NCBI GenBank assembly: GCA_028822845.1
Contig: JAPKCS010000008.1
Location: forward strand, 786 to 64,785
Reading direction: 5' to 3'
Source: Candidatus Poseidoniaceae archaeon
Lineage (GTDB): Archaea > Thermoplasmatota > Poseidoniia > Poseidoniales > Poseidoniaceae
DNA: 64,000 nt
Numbering within the stretch: the stretch's first letter is position 1; each line of letters opens with the position of its first letter. Made by a program: the position numbers and the translations under genes. The notes under the pieces are model-generated. The model had not been told where the DNA came from. It saw only the letters and a list, made by a program, of their open reading frames with translations, and did no database searches. This document shows, one piece after another, positions 60,997 through 64,000 of this stretch.

Positions 60997-63783
60997 TCAC
61001 TCATACACCGACTTCTGATGAAGGCCAACACGTGGTACCAGTCCATCCAGTTGGGCTTGGTTGACGATCTCTCGCCCTTCCCCACTCCGAACATAGGTTG
61101 CCACACCAGGGCTGACATGATGATTCCAGTGACGCTGGTACACCTGTGCTCGTTCTTTGCTTGTTGCTAAGCACGAAGGGACTGCATGATACATCATCAC
61201 TGAGATACGTTGCTTTCTCAAGAACACCGCCAAAACTTCTGGCATTAATTTTGAAAGCCAAGTTTCATCAAAAAAGCGTGACGAACGCTCGATGACATAG
61301 CGGGGTTTCTCAAGAGGACCCAATGCCTCGGTCAAGGCATCACTGAAGAGTTTAGCTTCATCTGGAGTGGAATTGTGGAGGTGATAACGAATCCATCCAC
61401 CACCACGGTCGCCGCCTTTCGGAGTGGCATGGCGGGTCATATCGCCAAGTTCGCACAATGAATCGACAATGGCATTGGCAATCGCCTGAGTCAGAGAGGC
61501 ATCCGTCCAGACCTGCTTCTCCTCACCAAATTGGAAACCCGATGAAAATCCACTGCGAGCCTTGGCTTCAACCGCTGGTTTTGCTTCTGTACCAAAGGGT
61601 TGGCCAACACCCCATAATTCACGGGTATGGCCCCGAGTCATCGCACGCCGGACCATTTCTTCATTGAACAGACTCATGCCTTCGCTGATTCCTTCTGGGC
61701 GGACATCATTGAACGCAGCATGGACATGCCCAACGCCCTTTTCGATGGTTCCATCATCGCAAACTCCGTACAATTGCTTGTGTTTTTGCTTGAAGCGTTC
61801 ATAGTCGTCGAAACCTTTGGTAAATTCATCAGCGATGCAAACAATATCCCAATTGTTTGCAACCTTCTCTTTCCATTCTTTATCCAAACGTATGGATCGT
61901 CCTCGCAGTTGATTGATGCTCATGCTTGTGGTAACGGTGGTCATGTCAACCAAGACATTGATGCGGGAAGCATCCCAGCCTTCACCAAGCAAGCCCCGGG
62001 TCCCAACGATGCACCGTGTGAAACCCTCTTGGAAGAGTTCTGTGATCATCAATGAATAATACCTCGGCACCCAATGCTTTCCACGCCCATGAATTTCATG
62101 ATAGCCATCATGTGCCTTATCTGAGAAAGTAACTTCCAATTGCCGTTCCTTCATCCATTCAGTTGCGCGCTCGAGGAAGCGCTCAGCGAGGTCATCGTCC
62201 ACAAGAACGGTGCTTCCTGTCATCAAGATTGGATCGAGATAATCACCTGCTTGGTGCTTTACGAGGGAACGCAAGACCGCGATAGCGCCACCTGCCTCTT
62301 TGTCGAGCACGCCATCAACCAAAGCAGTGGCTGAAGTTTTCTCAAAGTCAGTCACCACAACTGCGCGAATTGAAGGGCCCAATGCTTGCATCTCGATGGT
62401 GATGATTTCGTTCAATGCATCGACTTTTGAAGAAGCGTAAGCCATCACTCGCCCAACAGGCGAGGCACATGGTCGTGAACCTGTTTCAGTGATTTGAACA
62501 CCGAGCATTCGAAGGCGTGAAATCACTGATTTGGCCAGTTCATGATCTTCTTTATTCTTCGACAAGCGAAGGCCATAGCGAACATAACGGTCGAGCACAG
62601 AACGCAACATGCTCATTTGAGTCCATGATTCATCGTTTGCTTCCATTGGGACAGGTGGCACATCGTTCGGCAGTGCTCGCTGATGAAGGTGCAAGTACCT
62701 GCGGGCGTTGTCGGCATAGACTTGATTTTTATTTTGAAACTTTGACCATGTAAGCGTTTCACCGCGATGATTCTTTCGATCTTTCAAACTCGTAAGCACC
62801 CACTCATCAAGCGGTGCAATACGTTTCGATTCTTTTTTCCCAGGAGACTTACGTAAATCTGACAGGAGGTCCTCAAATTGTTTGTCGACATTGGCGATGT
62901 ACTGAAGTTCATGGGCTGCGGGGCGGACAAAGTAACACAAATCTTGGTACGGCGCCAGGTTTCCATTGCGTACGAGAGCTGGAATGGGTACTTCGTAATC
63001 GACTGGACCAAAGAAGGCCTCATAGCGTTCAGAGTCAGCATTGCTAATTGAGTCAGTGTCAGGTGGTGTCGCTGTCAACCCAAGCACAACAGGGTCACCA
63101 AAGTACTCCTTAACTTCTGAAAGAATCCGTCCCCAGTGATGCATCAAGTGGTGGCATTCATCGAGGATAATCAGGCCAATACCGACCTCCTTGAGCCTCA
63201 TTAGATTCGCTTTAGCGCTCTCATGAAGGGTCCACATCGCATTGCCGTTTTTGGCGAAATCATCCCTCACTTTTTTTCGATAGATGCTTAATCTTGAACC
63301 GTAGTATTTGGCGTTCGAGGTCTCAAGGCTTTGTTGCCAGGCATGTGCCGACTCTCTGTCATCAGCTTGCCCGTCTTCGATCAATTTCTCAGCCCACAAC
63401 TCAAGAGCAACAAGGTCGAGGTCTTCACCACCCTTCTTGGGCATGGTGATCGATTGGTAGGTCAAGGAAGTTAACAAGCCAGGATTCTTTGGGTCAGTGC
63501 TGATGAATTCCTCCTTCCCATCGAGGTCGAAAAGAGAGGTTCGAGCAGCCCATTGTGCCTGGATTGCAGAATTAGGAGAAAGCACCAATGCTGGCTTGCG
63601 TATCATGTCAGACCAGACATAAAGCCCCAAGATGGTTTTTCCTGAACCAGGTGGTGCCACAACGTGAAGACGCTTTTCACCCCGCTCCAGTTGCGGAAGA
63701 ATGATTGAACGCGCTGCATCTTGAGAAGGTCGGAGTGTTCCGTCGAACCGTATTGCCCCGAAGTCAGGAAGTGGCTGGAGCAT
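60997..63783 (-). CDS. large SF2 (ResIII/DEAH-type) helicase with a ~250-aa uncharacterised C-terminal region
   Basis: 928 aa with Walker A VVAPPGSGKT, motif II ILDECHH, motif III LGLTATPP and helicase-C motifs (GLLGEGWDA, QLRGRSIR). A GAGGGGTGA lies 8 nt upstream of the ATG. Confidence 0.8.
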   Translation of the reverse strand: MLQPLPDFGAIRFDGTLRPSQDAARSIILPQLERGEKRLHVVAPPGSGKTILGLYVWSDMIRKPALVLSPNSAIQAQWAARTSLFDLDGKEEFISTDPKNPGLLTSLTYQSITMPKKGGEDLDLVALELWAEKLIEDGQADDRESAHAWQQSLETSNAKYYGSRLSIYRKKVRDDFAKNGNAMWTLHESAKANLMRLKEVGIGLIILDECHHLMHHWGRILSEVKEYFGDPVVLGLTATPPDTDSISNADSERYEAFFGPVDYEVPIPALVRNGNLAPYQDLCYFVRPAAHELQYIANVDKQFEDLLSDLRKSPGKKESKRIAPLDEWVLTSLKDRKNHRGETLTWSKFQNKNQVYADNARRYLHLHQRALPNDVPPVPMEANDESWTQMSMLRSVLDRYVRYGLRLSKNKEDHELAKSVISRLRMLGVQITETGSRPCASPVGRVMAYASSKVDALNEIITIEMQALGPSIRAVVVTDFEKTSATALVDGVLDKEAGGAIAVLRSLVKHQAGDYLDPILMTGSTVLVDDDLAERFLERATEWMKERQLEVTFSDKAHDGYHEIHGRGKHWVPRYYSLMITELFQEGFTRCIVGTRGLLGEGWDASRINVLVDMTTVTTSMSINQLRGRSIRLDKEWKEKVANNWDIVCIADEFTKGFDDYERFKQKHKQLYGVCDDGTIEKGVGHVHAAFNDVRPEGISEGMSLFNEEMVRRAMTRGHTRELWGVGQPFGTEAKPAVEAKARSGFSSGFQFGEEKQVWTDASLTQAIANAIVDSLCELGDMTRHATPKGGDRGGGWIRYHLHNSTPDEAKLFSDALTEALGPLEKPRYVIERSSRFFDETWLSKLMPEVLAVFLRKQRISVMMYHAVPSCLATSKERAQVYQRHWNHHVSPGVATYVRSGEGREIVNQAQLDGLVPRVGLHQKSVYE

Positions 63784-63806
63784 TCGAGTTCACCCCTCGA
63801 ATCGAA

Positions 63807-64000
63807 TCAACGAGGGCCACGTTTTGGGCCAGATGGGCCGCCGGGGCCACCCTTGGGTGGGCCGCCAGATCGCTTAGGAGGACCACCGGACTTGCTTGGA
63901 CCAGGAGGACCGCCGCTCTTCTTTGGTGGGCCGCCGGACTTGCTTGGACCAGGAGGGCCGCCGCTCTTCTTTGGTGGGCCGCCGGACTTGCTTGGACCAG
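63807..64000 (-). CDS. 3' end of a gene encoding a Gly/Pro/Lys/Ser repeat protein (partial; continues beyond the window)
   Basis: My hand translation of the minus strand gives ...KKSGGPPGPSKSGGPPKKSGGPPGPSKSGGPPKRSGGPPKGGPGGPSGPKRGPR*. The stop is at 63807-63809, 23 nt upstream of the helicase ATG. Confidence 0.6.
   Translation of the reverse strand, partial: GPSKSGGPPKKSGGPPGPSKSGGPPKKSGGPPGPSKSGGPPKRSGGPPKGGPGGPSGPKRGPR
63895..64000. repeat. 48-bp tandem repeat (at least 2.2 copies, truncated by the window end)
   Basis: The unit cttggaccaggagg[a/g]ccgccgctcttctttggtgggccgccggacttg recurs at 63895, 63943 and 63991. The only difference I saw is A at 63909 versus G at 63957. It codes for a 16-aa repeat. 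Confidence 0.85.

Noticed and set aside
63895-64000. Tandem repeat considered as a CRISPR array.
   Set aside because: The units are contiguous with no spacers. The 48-bp period is in frame and encodes a 16-aa Gly/Pro/Lys/Ser repeat ending in a stop codon. This is a coding tandem repeat.

Overview
This 64-kb window looks like an archaeal chromosome segment at roughly 50% GC. It carries eL19, eL32, eS4, eL41, aIF1/SUI1, RNase P protein Rpp29, a thermosome and Hef. Many bacterial-type metabolic and lipid genes and large secreted proteins suggest a planktonic euryarchaeote of the Thermoplasmatota / Marine Group II kind; that placement is low-confidence inference. The minus strand from 2.5 to 16.8 kb holds one tightly packed ribosomal-protein operon, running rpl3 through rpl15 to secY. 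I called uS14 by hand because it is shorter than the ORF-track cutoff. The rest is mainly housekeeping and accessory genes: Hef, thermosome, an S8 protease, a 1140-aa surface protein, aminotransferases, an acyl desaturase, an OYE reductase, an MMPL exporter, MsrA, P5C dehydrogenase, PrsW, TIM, SucCD, an AEP primase-like protein, a 928-aa SF2 helicase, three tRNAs (Trp-CCA, Arg-UCU, Ala-GGC) and eL41. I recognised no rRNA, CRISPR array, transposase or integrase. The most unusual locus is a two-gene operon at 19873-22908. It encodes an SdhB-like domain and an HdrB-like protein that have both lost nearly all Fe-S-ligand cysteines, and the SdhB-like domain is fused to two tandem flavodoxin modules. 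Other points worth checking are a roughly 130-aa, 4-TM N-terminal extension on SecY, a 420-nt structured region upstream of rpl3, a GNAT-aminotransferase fusion, a Zn-knuckle-less AEP primase, and a helicase operon that begins with a 48-bp-repeat (GGPP/KS) protein. All homology calls rest on motif recognition by eye; no searches were run.
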